Shown here: piece after piece, positions 1 to 11,959 of the stretch
Layout of the letters: every line of letters starts with the position of its first letter
How positions within the stretch are numbered: position 1 is the stretch's first letter
Made by a program: the position numbers and the translations under genes
Assembly (NCBI GenBank): GCA_013239625.1
Contig: MU054323.1
Coordinates: 3,708,161 to 3,772,160, forward strand
DNA length: 64,000 nt
Direction of reading: 5' to 3'
From: Lama guanicoe
Lineage: Eukaryota
Notes under the pieces: model-generated
Seen by the model: only the letters and a program-made list of their open reading frames with translations
Databases searched by the model: none
What the model was told of the DNA's origin: nothing

Positions 1-537
1 AGATGGGAGGCTGTGGGACGCAGACGGCAAAGGATCGAGGTCCCCATCACTGGGTGCAGGGCTGCCTGGAGCCACAGCCACAACCCTCTCAGAGTGGGTA
101 CAAGCTGAGTGACGTGTCCCCAGGGGCCAGGGAAGCAGCCTGGCTGTGGGAGCACAGCTTTCTCTGGTCCTTGCAGGTCCCCAGGCCTGGCTGGCGGGAG
201 ACGGAAGGGTGTGTGCGCGCGCGTGTGTGCGTGCGTAGGGGGAGCTCTGGATGGGGCTGGCCAGGATGGGGTACATGGGGTGAGATCAGGGAGAAGACCC
301 CTGGGAGAGGCCTGCCCAGCACCCAAGCAGTCAGTCCTAGCAGGCCGGGTCCCAGGCCCCTTCCGCCCACTGCGCTGGCCTAAGCAAGGCTTAAGGCACA
401 CATGTACGTGCCTCAAACAGCCTGGCTGAGGCTTCTGGGCTGCGGGGGCCTGCAGAGCCTCTCCCCCTGTGCCAGGGCAGCAAGGCCTAGTTCTGGGGTG
501 GCAGGGACCTCAGCGACGTGGGACAGAGCCCTGGTAC

Positions 538-745
538 CTAAGAACTCTAGCAGCTCTGGGCTGCCGGCCAACTCGGCATCCCTCGAGACACAGCGCAGAA
601 TCTCGTCAAACACGGCTCTCCTCTCCCGGATGTCAGACTCCCCAACAAACAGGACCTTCCTGGGGAGCGGGGAAAGACCGGCCTTTGGGTAACGGCTGCT
701 GAGTTTCTGGTAGAACTCCTCAATCTCGCTGTACTTTTTGGAGAC
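538..745 (-). CDS. HS1BP3: HS1BP3 coding exon 3 (C-terminal half of PX domain)
   Basis: Translates VSKKYSEIEEFYQKLSSRYPKAGLSPLPRKVLFVGESDIRERRAVFDEILRCVSRDAELAGSPELLEFL-G, recognisable as HS1BP3. Acceptor ctcattccAG at 747-746, donor GTacca at 537-536; 208 nt, phase-compatible with exon 2. Later exons lie left of the window. Confidence 0.95.
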
Positions 746-2019
746 CTGGAATGAGAGGCACACATGGTTTCCTGAGTAAAGAGAGAGAGAGCGTGAGCTG
801 CTCCTCCACTCGTGCGTCAAGCTCGTGCTGTGCATTTACTCTGTGTGGGGAGACCCAGCGTGGTCTCTGCCCTCCAGGCTCCAGGTCTAGAGTGGAGGGA
901 GCGACCACAGCACAGCAGGTCAGTGCCGTCACTGCGGTCTGTGTGACACGGCACGGGCTCTCAAAGAGTCACCCACTGTGCACCACACACCACCAACAGC
1001 CGAGCGTCCTCCCTCGCCTGGACTCCTGTGTGTTCTCCCCGCAGGCTCAGTCTGTCTCCCCAACTCCCCTATGGGAGCATCGACACGGAAGACACAGATA
1101 TACCGTCTTCTGCTCCCAGGCCAGGCCCGCATCCACAGCACGCCACTGAAATGCTGGTGTAGCCAATGGGCTGTGGTGGGTCTGGACCCATACAGGTGAG
1201 GGATACCTGGCAATGCCATCGCACAGCACACAGCCCCGGCTAACCAGCATGACCACCAGAACCCCCAGCCTATGAGGGTTCCAGACGGAGGACTTCAGGA
1301 ACCCCCAACGGGGAGTCATCTGGGACAGGGAACTGTGGCTTGCAGTTGTCTTCACAGGAGCTTTCCTGAGAACAGCCCTTAAGGAAAGGTAAGAGCATCC
1401 TTTCACAAAAGTGATGCAGGCTCCAACTCCTCATGGTCCTGAGAACCTGAGACTCGACCAGGTGCGGCCGAGCGCCCTCTGCTGGCCTGACTGCTCCACG
1501 CAGACCCGGCCACCAGACCCAGCAGGACCAGGGTTCTGGAAGCAGTGGGTCTTCAGGGTACTGGCAGCCCCGGGAGCCACAAAGCTGTAAGTCTTGGGTG
1601 CCACCTCATCCTGGGCCCACATTCATCAGTGTTCCAAAGCAAGGGCTTCTATTCCCTTTAAGGAGTAGAAAGCAAAACGCTCATTAGTTTTTTTAAAGCT
1701 AAATCATGAAACTGCGAAGAAATTTCAGGCTTCGGTTGCACCCCCAGATCCCACTGGGAATAAATGCATTCTTTGCCCTCGCAGGTGGTTCAAAATGCTG
1801 AGAAGCATCTCCAAGTACGAGTCAAATCTGGACCGCAGGACCCTTGCTCATTCTACCTTTATCTCACAATCCTGCAACCTGCCTCTCCTGAGCACAGCTC
1901 TGGATCCTTCTATAAGAAGCCAAAGGTAGATAGTGAATGGATGAGTCTGTGATCTTGCCCCTCCTGAAACGCTCTCCTTCCTTAGCTCCCTTCTCACCCC
2001 TTGGTCTCAGCTCCTTCTC

Positions 2020-2640
2020 CTTGACTGTCTGAGGTGCTGGTGTCCCCAAGGTTTCCTCCTCAGCCTCCCCTCCACACCCACAGCCACTCTCTGGGCAACT
2101 TCATCTGCTCCCAGACTTTCAGTATCACCTCCAAGCTGATGCCTCCCAAACCTGCCCCTTAGGCCTAACCCCGTCCCAAGTTCCAGCCTCATGTCTCCAT
2201 CGGGCCAACACTTCATGCTCGAGACGTCTACCTTCAACCTGGCCCTCCGTCAGTGTCCTTTTCTTCAGTCAGTGGAAACAGTCAGTCAGTCATGATCTCT
2301 CCTTCCCATCCATACCCTCTACTGCTGGCCTGCTCCCAGCCCTCACCCAGGCCACCTGGGTACTAGCCTCCAAACTGGGCTCCCCATTTCCTGCCCTGTT
2401 CCTTCCAATCCAACTCCACTCGCCACCAGGCAGGTCAGTGGGAGGCAAATAGGACCAGGTCATTCCACTGCTTAAGACTCCTCCTGGCCTGCCAGACCAG
2501 CCAGATGCCCCGCCTGCCCTCCGTGACCCGGCTTCTGCCTGTCATCACCCTCCTCCTCCCCTACTTCCTCCAGGACGACACTCAGCTGCTCACAGTTTCC
2601 CACACGACACCCTGTTTTTAGCCTCTGTGCCTTTGCTTAG
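2020..2640. mobile_element. Degraded LINE-2 fragment(s)
   Basis: Typical L2 3'-region text (e.g. ctcatgtctccatcgggccaacacttcatgctc, ggtcattccactgcttaagactcctcctggc, ttagcctctgtgcctttgc). Boundaries approximate. Confidence 0.55.
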
Positions 2641-2649
2641 GCCATGACC

Positions 2650-2769
2650 TTGAAATTTATTCCTAGGTATTTTTGTTGTGACTGTCAATGGGATTGTTTT
2701 CTTAATTCTCTTTCTTCTAGTTCATTGATAGCATACAGAAATGCAGCAGATTTTTGTATGTTGATTCTG
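2650..2769 (-). mobile_element. Short internal LINE-1 ORF2 (RT region) fragment
   Basis: AT-rich island; minus strand encodes degenerate [16 protein letters not shown]...KYLGINF, matching the L1 ORF2 KINxQKSxAFLY...KYLGI motif. Confidence 0.75.
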
Positions 2770-3334
2770 GGCTTGGCCACCAGGGCTACAGATCCAGGAC
2801 TGCATACACCGCCTCTCCTCTTCTCCCAGATCCACCTCCTCTATATGTTCCAGTCCACCCACCTCTAGATGTACAGATGTGTGGAGCTGCTGTGGATGTT
2901 TTACTGGTTGTAGACTGAAGGGGAGAGAGACAAAGGGAGTGTCTTATCCACCCTAGTGCTGACATCTCCACCTGCTCTTTAAAACATTTCAGCCCTGGCC
3001 TTTTCTGAGAAATCTTCCAGAACCCTTTCCCTAGGATGGGTTGGGTGCCCCTTCTCTGTACTCCCACAGTTCCCCCCCCCCCGCCCCGCCTTGGGCTCCT
3101 GTCTCCACCTGTATCTGTCTCTTTACAGGTCTGTCTCCCCACAGACAGTAAGCATCTGATTCATTTGTGTCCTTACCGCCAACACGCACTGGCAGGCACA
3201 CTCAGGCCGAATGCTGGCTAGAAAATTGCGCACTTTCTGGTGCTACTTGCACCCTGGTGGCAGGTATGTCTGACCACCTGGACCCCTGGATGCTAGGCAC
3301 CCTCGGGAGCATCCTGGGAGAGCCCCCAGCTCAC

Positions 3335-3500
3335 CAAGAACTGGACGACATCCTCGGGCCTGTGCTTGGCCGACTTGAACGCAGCCAGCCGGGTGACCAC
3401 CAGGATCTGGTACTCCACGTGCCCTGACATCATCTTGCCCCGCACCTCCTGGTGCTGGGGCACCGTCAGGTCGAGGCCTGTGTGGACATTCTGAACTCGC
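3335..3500 (-). CDS. HS1BP3: HS1BP3 coding exon 2 (start of PX domain)
   Basis: Minus strand reads (R)RVQNVHTGLDLTVPQHQEVRGKMMSGHVEYQILVVTRLAAFKSAKHRPEDVVQFL. Acceptor tttggcAG (3502-3501), donor GTgagc (3334-3333); 166 nt, joins exon 1 (phase 2) and exon 3 (phase 0). Confidence 0.95.
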
Positions 3501-5535
3501 CTGCCAAAGGGAGAGAAGGCAAAGGAAGCTCAGGCTCAAGTCAGCAGACTTCTCAAGTGAAACGCAGGCAGGGCCTCAGGGTGGCCTGGAGGGCCCGGGT
3601 GAGAGGCTGCTCTGCTGGCTGTCCTCAGTGCGCACAGCTCCAGGCCACCTGCCCCACCACATGCCAACCCTCACTCAGCCCGGCTCTGCAGGCCCTGACC
3701 TGGGCCCCGCTTTTGGGTTGCTCAGGAACAGAGGGCTATTCCCAGCAGGAAAACAGGTGATAGCAGAGAACATGGAGCTTATGGAAGATCACAATTAGGT
3801 ATCTGGGATAAACCCAGTGCAACAGTTCCTGCGGGATTTGTGCGGATGACATCCCCAGGGCTCTATTCAAACCAAGGGAAGTGACTGGCTCTGTGCACAT
3901 GATGCAGGATTGAAACCGCACCAGGAATCTGGAGAGATGCATTTTTTCAGCTCACCAGAGGGCAGCAGAGCCACCACAGAACCTGCTCAGCTGGGGGAAG
4001 ATGGAAAAAGCACTGGATGCTGGGCTATCCTTTGTTCTGGGGCCTCTGCAAGGCACTGATAAGGCCTGCTGTACCTGTACGAGGCTTTGAGAGGATACTC
4101 GGCAAAACGTTACAGCTCTTGGAGAATTTTTAATGCTACACAAACATACTGAATTGTACGAAGAGCTGAGAAGTTATAAAATGTTTCCTCTGAGGTGAGA
4201 AAAAGGTTAAATATATTCCTATTCTACATAAGGGTATAATGGAGACCATGCACACAAACACCTATGACAGGACATACCGAGCACATTGTTATCAGGGTTG
4301 AAACCGGCTATGCACTGGGCAGGACTTTCAGAAGACAAGAAAAGGAAGGCCCTGAGGGGTGAGGGGCTTCCGGGGCTAAAACCGTGCCTGGAGCCAGGCC
4401 CTATCCCCCTCTGGGACTATATCCCAATCCACCAAGTGACACCCTGCCCCCCCCAGCACTCCTGCCATGCAGATTCCTCCCCTTCCCACGGTAGCATGAG
4501 ACATTGTCACCGACATGATGCTGTTTGTCACCAACTGGGAGGACAACCCACCACATACCCACATATGAGGTGTGTACACACATTTACTAACCATACAAAC
4601 CTCTACACACATGAGCATGTTCACAAGGTGTAAGGCTGCTAGACTGAGCTCGAAGCACTCAGAAAAGCCCGGGCGACCCTGCTTTCGGGCAGGTGGTCAA
4701 TGAGCCCCATGCACAAGTGCAGGATGGGATACACCAAACAAGTCAGCCCTCTTTTCCTTTTGCCAGTAACCAAATGAGTGTCCTTGGCCTTCCACACAGA
4801 CCCTGCTGCTCCTGGTGCCACACACGATGTTACGTTCCAGGTGTTCTGTGCAGCAGAGCAGAGCTGGATTGAGGGTGACAGGTGGGCGTGGGAGCAGCCG
4901 GCACCCCCGCAGGCCCTGTCTGAAGGACCCCACCTATCTAAGGCCCTCCCGCCTCCCACGGCCCTACAAAGGGACACTACTGCTTAGACCCACTTAAAGT
5001 CAGAGAAACAGACACAAAAAGGGAGTTACCTGTCCTTGGGCTCAGGTCAGAGGTGGAGCCAGGGTTCACTCTAGGCTGCCCCCCAGCCACCACTGACCAG
5101 TGCTCTCAGAACCCACCCCTAGCAGTTCTCCAGGACCTGCATCCATGACCCCGCCCACCACCTTTCCACTGTCCCTCCCTGTCCTGTCACGCCTCCCCAG
5201 CTGAGAGGCCCCCCGCCGCAGGCCTCAGCTCCCCTGCCCTCTGCCCTCAACTCTGCAGTTCTCTGCCTCCTTTGTGCCCGGCAGCTGCCGGTGACTAGGA
5301 TGAACTCAGACATGCTGACTGGTCCCACCAGAGATTCAGGGCCACAGCCTGCAGCACTAGGTCTAGCAACCCCTCCTCTCGGGCTGGACCTGGGGTTGTC
5401 AGTGTGGTCCCTGCCACATCAGCATCACCTGTGAACCAATCCAGGCCGCTGCATCATTCTTCACTTTAACACGTCCTCCAGGTGACGCTGATGCACTGGA
5501 GCCTAATTCACTCTCTCTCCTGCTCCCCGAGGCCC

Positions 5536-5720
5536 CCAAGGAAACCTTTTCTGCAAAGGGCCAGATGAAATATTTCAGGCTTTGAAGGCCAAAAGGTCTC
5601 CATTACATCTACTCAACTCAGCCAGCGTAGAGTGAAAGCAGCCACAGACAGTACGTAGATCTTATTTACAAAAGTAAGTGGTGGGCAGGATGTGGCCCCC
5701 GGGTGTCGTGTGCCCACCTA
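5536..5720. mobile_element. hAT-Charlie DNA transposon remnant (MER58-like)
   Basis: aaaccttttctgcaaagggccagatgaaatatttcaggctttgaaggcc...atctactcaactcagccagcgtagagtgaaagcagccacagaca resembles the MER58A consensus. Confidence 0.7.
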
Positions 5721-5724
5721 TACC

Positions 5725-5890
5725 CCAGACTGAGCTTCTCAAACTGTAAGTGCACCTGAGTCACCTGGGGATCTTGTCAATATGCAGATCTGATCCCGCA
5801 GGTCCGGGGCAGGGCCCGCGAGTCTGCCTTTCTAACCAGCCCCCAGGGATGATGATACTGCTCCTGGGACCACTCACTGAGTAGAAAGAC
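5725..5890. mobile_element. MER5-family DNA transposon remnant
   Basis: cttctcaaactgtaagtgcacctgagtcacctggggatcttgtcaatatgcagatctgat...tctgcctttctaaccagcccccaggg is typical of MER5A/B. Confidence 0.7.
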
Positions 5891-6099
5891 ACAGAATCCA
5901 AGTTGCCCGGGTCAGCAAACCCCTAGTGCCCGTTCTCCCCCACCCCCCTGCTTCCCACTTACTAAGAAAAGGAGAATGGTGGGGGGACCTTCCGAGCACA
6001 TCCTGTGACATCCACAACTGGCCTGCATCTGCCTCCCCACCACTGGGGACCTACTACTGGCTGGCTTATACCTGAGGCCAACTCCTCACCTACTCAAAT

Positions 6100-7560
6100 A
6101 TGTCGCTTCCGCAAGTCTCCCCTCTTTTCGGCGCCATCAGTCTCCCCTCTTTATGGGATCCTTCTCGCTTCTCTTACAACCAAAGCTGTCCTTTGGCCCA
6201 AACTTCCCCTTGAGCTACAGCTGCATTTCTGCTCCTCTTTCCAGCAAAACTCCTCAAGAGAACAGCCTATATTCGCCACCTCGAGTTCCTCTCCTGTTTG
6301 ATCTTGAACACTTTCCAACCTAACTTTGTCCTCACTTTGCAACTGAAACTGCTCGTGCCCAGGTCGCCAGCGAGCCCCGTGTTGTTAAATGCAAAGGTCA
6401 GTTCGCTCTCTCCTCTTTCTCCAGCCGCACCTGACCGTCACTCTCTGCTCCTTGAAGCTCTGTCCTCATTGGCTTCTGGGACTCCCACTCCCTCTTGGTC
6501 CTATGCACCCCCAGTCACTCTGCTCAGCTTCCCCGGATGTCCCCCAATTCTGCCCAGAGCATTCTCCTTAAACCTCTTCTCTTGCTCCACTCTTCCCCAG
6601 GTGGTCTTATCCAGGTCCAAGGTTTTAAATTCCATTTATGGGCTAACTGTCTCCCAATTCCTATCTCTAGTCTGGACTCTGCCCTCAAGGCCACACTCGT
6701 TCTCCCAGCTGCCTTTCCAACATCACACTTGGCTGTCAAAAAGCTTCTTAAAATGAACATGTGCTGACAAATGGAGATTCGCACCTATCCCCAAACCTGT
6801 TCCATCCAGTCTCCCGGCTCGGTCCACTACAACCTCACTCTTCCAGGAACTTGGGACAGAAGTCTCACAGTTAGTCTTAACCCCTATTTCTTGTTCTCAT
6901 ATACCACATCTCATCATCAGCAAACCTTGAAAGCTCAGTCTTCAAAATATAGCCAGAACCCAAACATTTCTCACCCCCTCTGCCACCATCACCTCTCACG
7001 TGGATCACTGCCAGAGTCTCCTGAATGATCTCTATGCTGTGCCCTGCTCATCCACATTCTGCTCAACACAGCAGCCAAAGGACCTCTGTGAAATCCAAGG
7101 CAGGTCCCATGGCACTCAGAGCCTCACCTCAGCCTGGGAGCCCTGTCCTCACTGTCCTCTAGCCTCAAGCCCCCAGCTCTGCACCACAGCACCTAACACT
7201 TTCCCCGGCTTACACCATCACAGCCACACTGGCCTCCTTGCTGGTGCCCAAGCACCCTTCTGCCCCAGGACATTGGCTTTTGCTGCCCCCTCTACCCGGT
7301 ACACTCTTTCTCAGGATTTCTCTTTCATTTGTCAGGGATCTACCCAACTGCCACAATCTATCAGAAAGACACTCCTGGACCAAACCATATAAAACAGCAT
7401 TCACAACTCCCATCACTCTATTTCCCTACCATTTTATTTTCCTCCGTATCACTTATCATCCCTGACACACCATATATTTACCTGTTGTCCATCTGCCCCA
7501 CAAAAGCTCTATAAGAGGGATTTTGGGCTGTTCACTCTGTATCCTAGAGCCACTCACCAG
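6100..7560. mobile_element. LINE-2 remnant (~1.4 kb)
   Basis: CT-rich degraded L2 text (ctgaaactgctcgtgcccaggtcgccagcg, ctccttgaagctctgtcctcattggcttctggga, ctgttcactctgtatcctagagc). Explains the cluster of spurious ORFs here. Confidence 0.7.
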
Positions 7561-8579
7561 CCTTTACCACCAGCACCTGCATCTTAAGAAGTCTTGTCCA
7601 GGTGGGGCAGTGAGGGAAGCCACCCAGCCCCTTCCCGAGCACCCAGCACCAACTGGTCTGCTACTGAACCTGCTTACAACTGCCAACCGCAAACCCTTTT
7701 TTGCAGAAAAGTAAACTGAAGCTCGGCGAGAGGAGGTGATTCATGGGGCATCAGGGAAACCCCTTCTGCCCACGAGGACACAACCAGCAACCACACAGAG
7801 GAGACCAAGCACGTTCTGACATCAGGGTTTACTTACAGAATCATACTTTTCTAGACCTGAAGCCCTGCGGAAGTTCAGATTACAACTGGAAAATGGCATT
7901 TATTTCTGTAACAGACTAGCATCCTAGCCCAAGATTTTGTGTAGGGGGAAGACAGGTGGATAGATGAAAATACTTGTAGTGAGTCACTGACAGATACGAG
8001 AAAGGGGAAAGGATTAATCCATATCCATCCCAGCATTTCCAGGATCCATCTTGCACTGGGTCCTCCAGGCCTGGATCAGGGTGGGCTCATTCTGCCTCCA
8101 GGGACCCTCCAGAGGCCTTTGCTGTAACTGCACTTTTCCTGAGCTACCTGTCTGAGCAGCTGCCACCTCTCCCCGCCCCTTCACCTGGTTAACCTTCAGT
8201 CTTCCAGCAGGACATGGCCTCTTTCCCCTCCCCCCACCCCCACCGTTCCAGAAGCCTAGGTTACACCCTGCCCTATGTTCCCACGACAACCTGAACCCAC
8301 CACCCCCTCAAGTATCTGTCCCCAGCGGGTCTGCGTTTGTCCCCGTCTCCCCTGCAGGGCCGAGCCTAGCCTGATTCACCCCGTTCCCATGCCGCTCACC
8401 GGGCCCGGCACACGGTGAGCGCTGAAAAGATGCATAAGCAGATTTTCGAGCCAAAAAGAAATGAGGGCAGGTCGGCAGGATAGGGGAAAGGAGAGCCCCC
8501 TGCTTTGGCCGCCTGCGCGGTGCCAGCCAGCTCAGGCCTCCCACTGGGTCTTGGGAGAGTTCGTTAGTCTCTGGGGACC

Positions 8580-9200
8580 TCAGTTTCCCCATCTGTAAAA
8601 CGGGGGGCACTCGCTGCCGCGGGGCTCTCCCGCGGGGCTCTGGAGGCGCCGAACCCAGGTCAACGGCCAGCGCGCTGGGCGGCGGGCGGGGTCCCGGGCA
8701 CCGGCCACCTCCGCCGGCTCGTCCGCCCCGGGAGCATCGGCTACGGCTCCGGCGCACCCGGTCTCCACGTCGCGCGAGACGCGGGGTCTGGCTCACCTGG
8801 AGGTGACAAGCACCGCCGGGGACTGCATGACGGCGAGGCTCCGGGCGGGGCGCGCGGTCACGGGACTCGCAGGCGCCGGCGTCGCCATGTCCCCGCCCCG
8901 CGCCCCGCCCGCCCGCCCGCCCCGGCTCCGGCCCTGGCCCGCCGCCTAGTGGCCACCGCGCTCGGCCGGAGGTGGCCGGGCATTTCCACGCCTTTCTGGA
9001 ACTCTGGCCGGTAACCGACCATAAGCTGAGGCCCTGCGCGGGCTCGCCGCTGCTGGAGGCCCCGGCCGAGCTGAGCACAACGCCGTGATCCCCGTGACCC
9101 AATGTCCAGAGCCATCCGGCCGGGCGGGAGGGGTGCAAGTCCCGCTTCGGGCCTGTTGTCCCGGCGTTTCTAGTGACAGCACCCGCTTTCACTCTTAGGA
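8580..9200. promoter_or_regulatory. CpG island / HS1BP3 promoter
   Basis: Very GC- and CpG-rich; multiple GC boxes (ccccgccccgcgccccgcccgccc, ~8891-8925); surrounds exon 1; CTCF-like motif at 8938-8955. Confidence 0.85.
8797..8828 (-). CDS. HS1BP3: HS1BP3 coding exon 1 (MQSPAVLVTS-R)
   Basis: gccgtcATGCAGTCCCCGGCGGTGCTTGTCACCTCCAG|GTgagc; 32 coding nt matching the known HS1BP3 N-terminus, inside a CpG island. Confidence 0.93.
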
Positions 9201-9516
9201 GTGCCCAGAGTGTCCCGAATCAGACGGTATATTATTTGGTTCTCCTTCGTTGGGGAGAGTGTTGCGGAAGTAACCCAGCGCTACTCTCGGCCCCAGGGAT
9301 GCTGAGAGAGATGCTAGGAAGGTTGAACGAGGTAACAGAACCCTGCAAGCAAGATAAATTTGAGCCCTCTGTGGGGAGTGAGCCAAAGAAACAGCAGCCT
9401 GACCCCGGAGGCCTTCCAGTGGCTTTCTGTAAAGAGGCCAACAGGGCTTTCCCAACAAAAGTTTCTGAGAACTCTGTGTGTCTTTCTTCTCCCTTGCTAA
9501 AGAAATGTTCTGATGC

Positions 9517-9650
9517 CTGTTAAACCGGTAAGGAGACTTTATTCACGACTACTGCAACAGGGTCAAGACTATCCCAATGGGGAGAGGGACCAGGCTTAAC
9601 TCTGAACACAGCAAGGAGGAGTAGGGATTGGTAGCCAAGGAGCAGAGCGC
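9517..9650. mobile_element. LTR fragment (ERV1-type, family unassigned)
   Basis: tgttaaaccggtaaggagactttattcacgactactgcaacaggggtcaagactat...aactctgaacacagcaagg resembles ERV1 LTR termini. Confidence 0.45.
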
Positions 9651-9929
9651 AGTGCAGCGCCTGAGAGGGGCCGGCAGGTCAGGCAGTGGCCACTGCACAG
9701 ATGCTGAGGGACCAAACACGATGTGCTGGGCACTAAGAATACAGTGAATAAGGCACGGTGGCTGCCCTCAATGAGCGTCTTTGCCCTTGTTCTTGGGGTG
9801 GGTTGGGGGTCAGAGAAGGCATTCTAAAGGAGCCAAAGCCCAAGGTAAACCTGAAGAAATAAGGAATAGGACAGAGTCGAAGGTATATCATCTATGACGT
9901 TCTGGAGACAAGAAGAAACAGAATTAAGG

Positions 9930-10600
9930 GAACGGGGTTGGGGGAGTGGAGGACGGGCAGGAGCCAGGGCACGGAGAGCCATGTGCACCTCGTCGAGGGA
10001 TTCATGCTGACCCTGAGGCCAACTGGAGGCCAGCACAGGGCTGTGAACGTAGGAGTGGCCCGACCAGCTCTGCTGCACACATGGGTTTGGAGTGTATGAT
10101 GCTGGAGGCTGAAGGTGAGCAGAACTGCAGAACAATCCAGCCTGGGACAATGTGGCACGAAACAGGGTGAGGGCCGCTCAGTGGGAGAAAAGGGCCTGGC
10201 GAGAGAGAAGCTTAGGAGGTGGAACTGGCCAAGACGGGAATCAGGTGAATGTGGGTGGGAGGAGTTGAGATGCTGCTGTTGTTGGGCTCCTGTGAACGGC
10301 TGCACGGTGGTCCATTCACTGGGACAGGACACCAGGAGGAAGGACACATTTTGGGTGGGATGATGAGTGGTGTCTGAGGGCCTGGGGACGTCAAGGTGAC
10401 TATAGCCCTGGACCTCAGAAGGCAGGCCAGGGCCAGAGACCCTGAGGCGTGGGTTATGAAGCTGTTGAAGCTGAGAGGAAGGCTGAGCCGCTGGCGAGCG
10501 CCTGTGGACAAGACAGCCCAGGAGGGTGTAGAGAAGCACTTAGCTGCCAGGCAAGTACAGGTTGGGGCTCGGAGTCACTGCTGGAGCTGGCAACAGGCAT
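9930..10600. mobile_element. LINE-2 remnant (opposite orientation to 6100-7560)
   Basis: GA-rich degraded L2 text (ggtggtccattcactgggacaggacaccaggagg, gggcctggggacgtcaaggtgactatagccctggacctcagaagg). Confidence 0.55.
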
Positions 10601-11589
10601 GTGACCCAGGTCTTGCAGGCACATGAGCCTCACCCCTGGCTCCGGGGTCCCTGAGGGTGCACTGCAGGGGACTTAGCGCACCTGGCGCCTGCCAAGAATA
10701 CTGCTGGTTCCCCATGCAGGAGTGACCCCGTCCTCAAGAGCAATCCCGTTTTCTGCCTCTGTGGGTCCCACGTGCCCCTGTGTGGCTCCAGCGGATAATT
10801 GTATACCATGCATGGAATGTGGAATCTAAATCTGATATTTTCTGCTTCCTGCCTGACTCAAGGAGCCCCTTCCATGGCTGAAGCCGCCGTAACGCAAACC
10901 ACATTGCAGAGGAGCTTACCGTCCCTCTTCCCGCTGCCCTGGGAGGAACGCTCCAGGCCTCAGTCACCCGGCGCCCCAGGAAAGTCGCTGGACCTCAGGG
11001 GCAGTGCAGTCAGTTAGAGACACCAATGTCCGCAGAGAGTCTGATCTGAGCCCTGGCCACAGCATGTACCAAAATTGCCTTGTTTCTGGTGGGGTGGGTC
11101 TTCCGGGGACCTGCTGATTTGTCCCTGTCCTCTAAAGGGATGCTCTAGGGGGGCTGGGCACCACCTCATTTGTCACTCAGCAAATGCTCCTGGGCACAGC
11201 TCTGGGCCTGTGACCTCGCCAGGCTCTGGGGGGCTCACGCACCACACAGGGAAAGAAGTAGAGACAGACACATGAGTGCCGGCCCAGGGTACACGGGGAA
11301 GGGCATATAACCAACTCAGCCCAGGGTTGGGGCATACAGGGGATTCTTCCAGGAGGAGGTGGTGCCACACTCAGGTCATGAAAAAGTGGGTGCTGTCTCT
11401 TCAAGCCTTGGTTTTCTCATTGGTGAAATGGGCACAATGGAAACCTTTAATTCACAGGCACTGCTGTGAGTTAAATGAGATAAAATGTGACTGAAATAAG
11501 AGGAAATGTATGGCAGACCTGTAGATGAGCTACCCCAAAGCCAGTCACAGCCCCTTCCTCTTTGCCTTTTACTGCCATAGAAGTGGGAC

Positions 11590-11950
11590 AGGTAAAGCAC
11601 TCGTGCTCCCAGCCTCCCTTGTAGTCAGAAGATGCCATGTGACATTATTCTGGTCATGTACACAGAAGCCCTTGCAGAGGGTTTACCTTGCTAGGAGAAA
11701 GCTCTTTGTACCTTTCCTGTCTTCTGCCTGGAAAGGAGCTACAGTGCTGGAGAGGCAGCAGCCATCTTGTGACAATGAGGCCCAAATATGAAATTGGGGC
11801 CCACACAGAGGACGGAAGAGGCTGGGGACCTGATGGCACATGAACTACCATACCAGCCCTAGACTCTTTCTTGGGACTTCTTGTGTGAGTGCTTAAACCA
11901 CTCTAAGTGGGGTTTTCTGTGACAGTTTCCTGTTACCTAACATACAATCA
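11590..11950. mobile_element. ERVL LTR16/LTR33-like solo LTR
   Basis: cccagcctcccttgtagtcagaagatgccatgtgac...gcagccatcttgtgacaatgagg...ttaaaccactctaagtggggttttctgtgacag. Confidence 0.6.
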
Positions 11951-11959
11951 TATTCCAGT

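Noticed and set aside
8308..9192. 294-aa minus-strand ORF across the HS1BP3 promoter
   Set aside because: Different frame from HS1BP3 exon 1, runs through the splice donor, G/R/P-rich CpG-island artefact.
9892..10539. 215-aa minus-strand ORF
   Set aside because: Lies in a degraded L2 element; no intact RT motifs.
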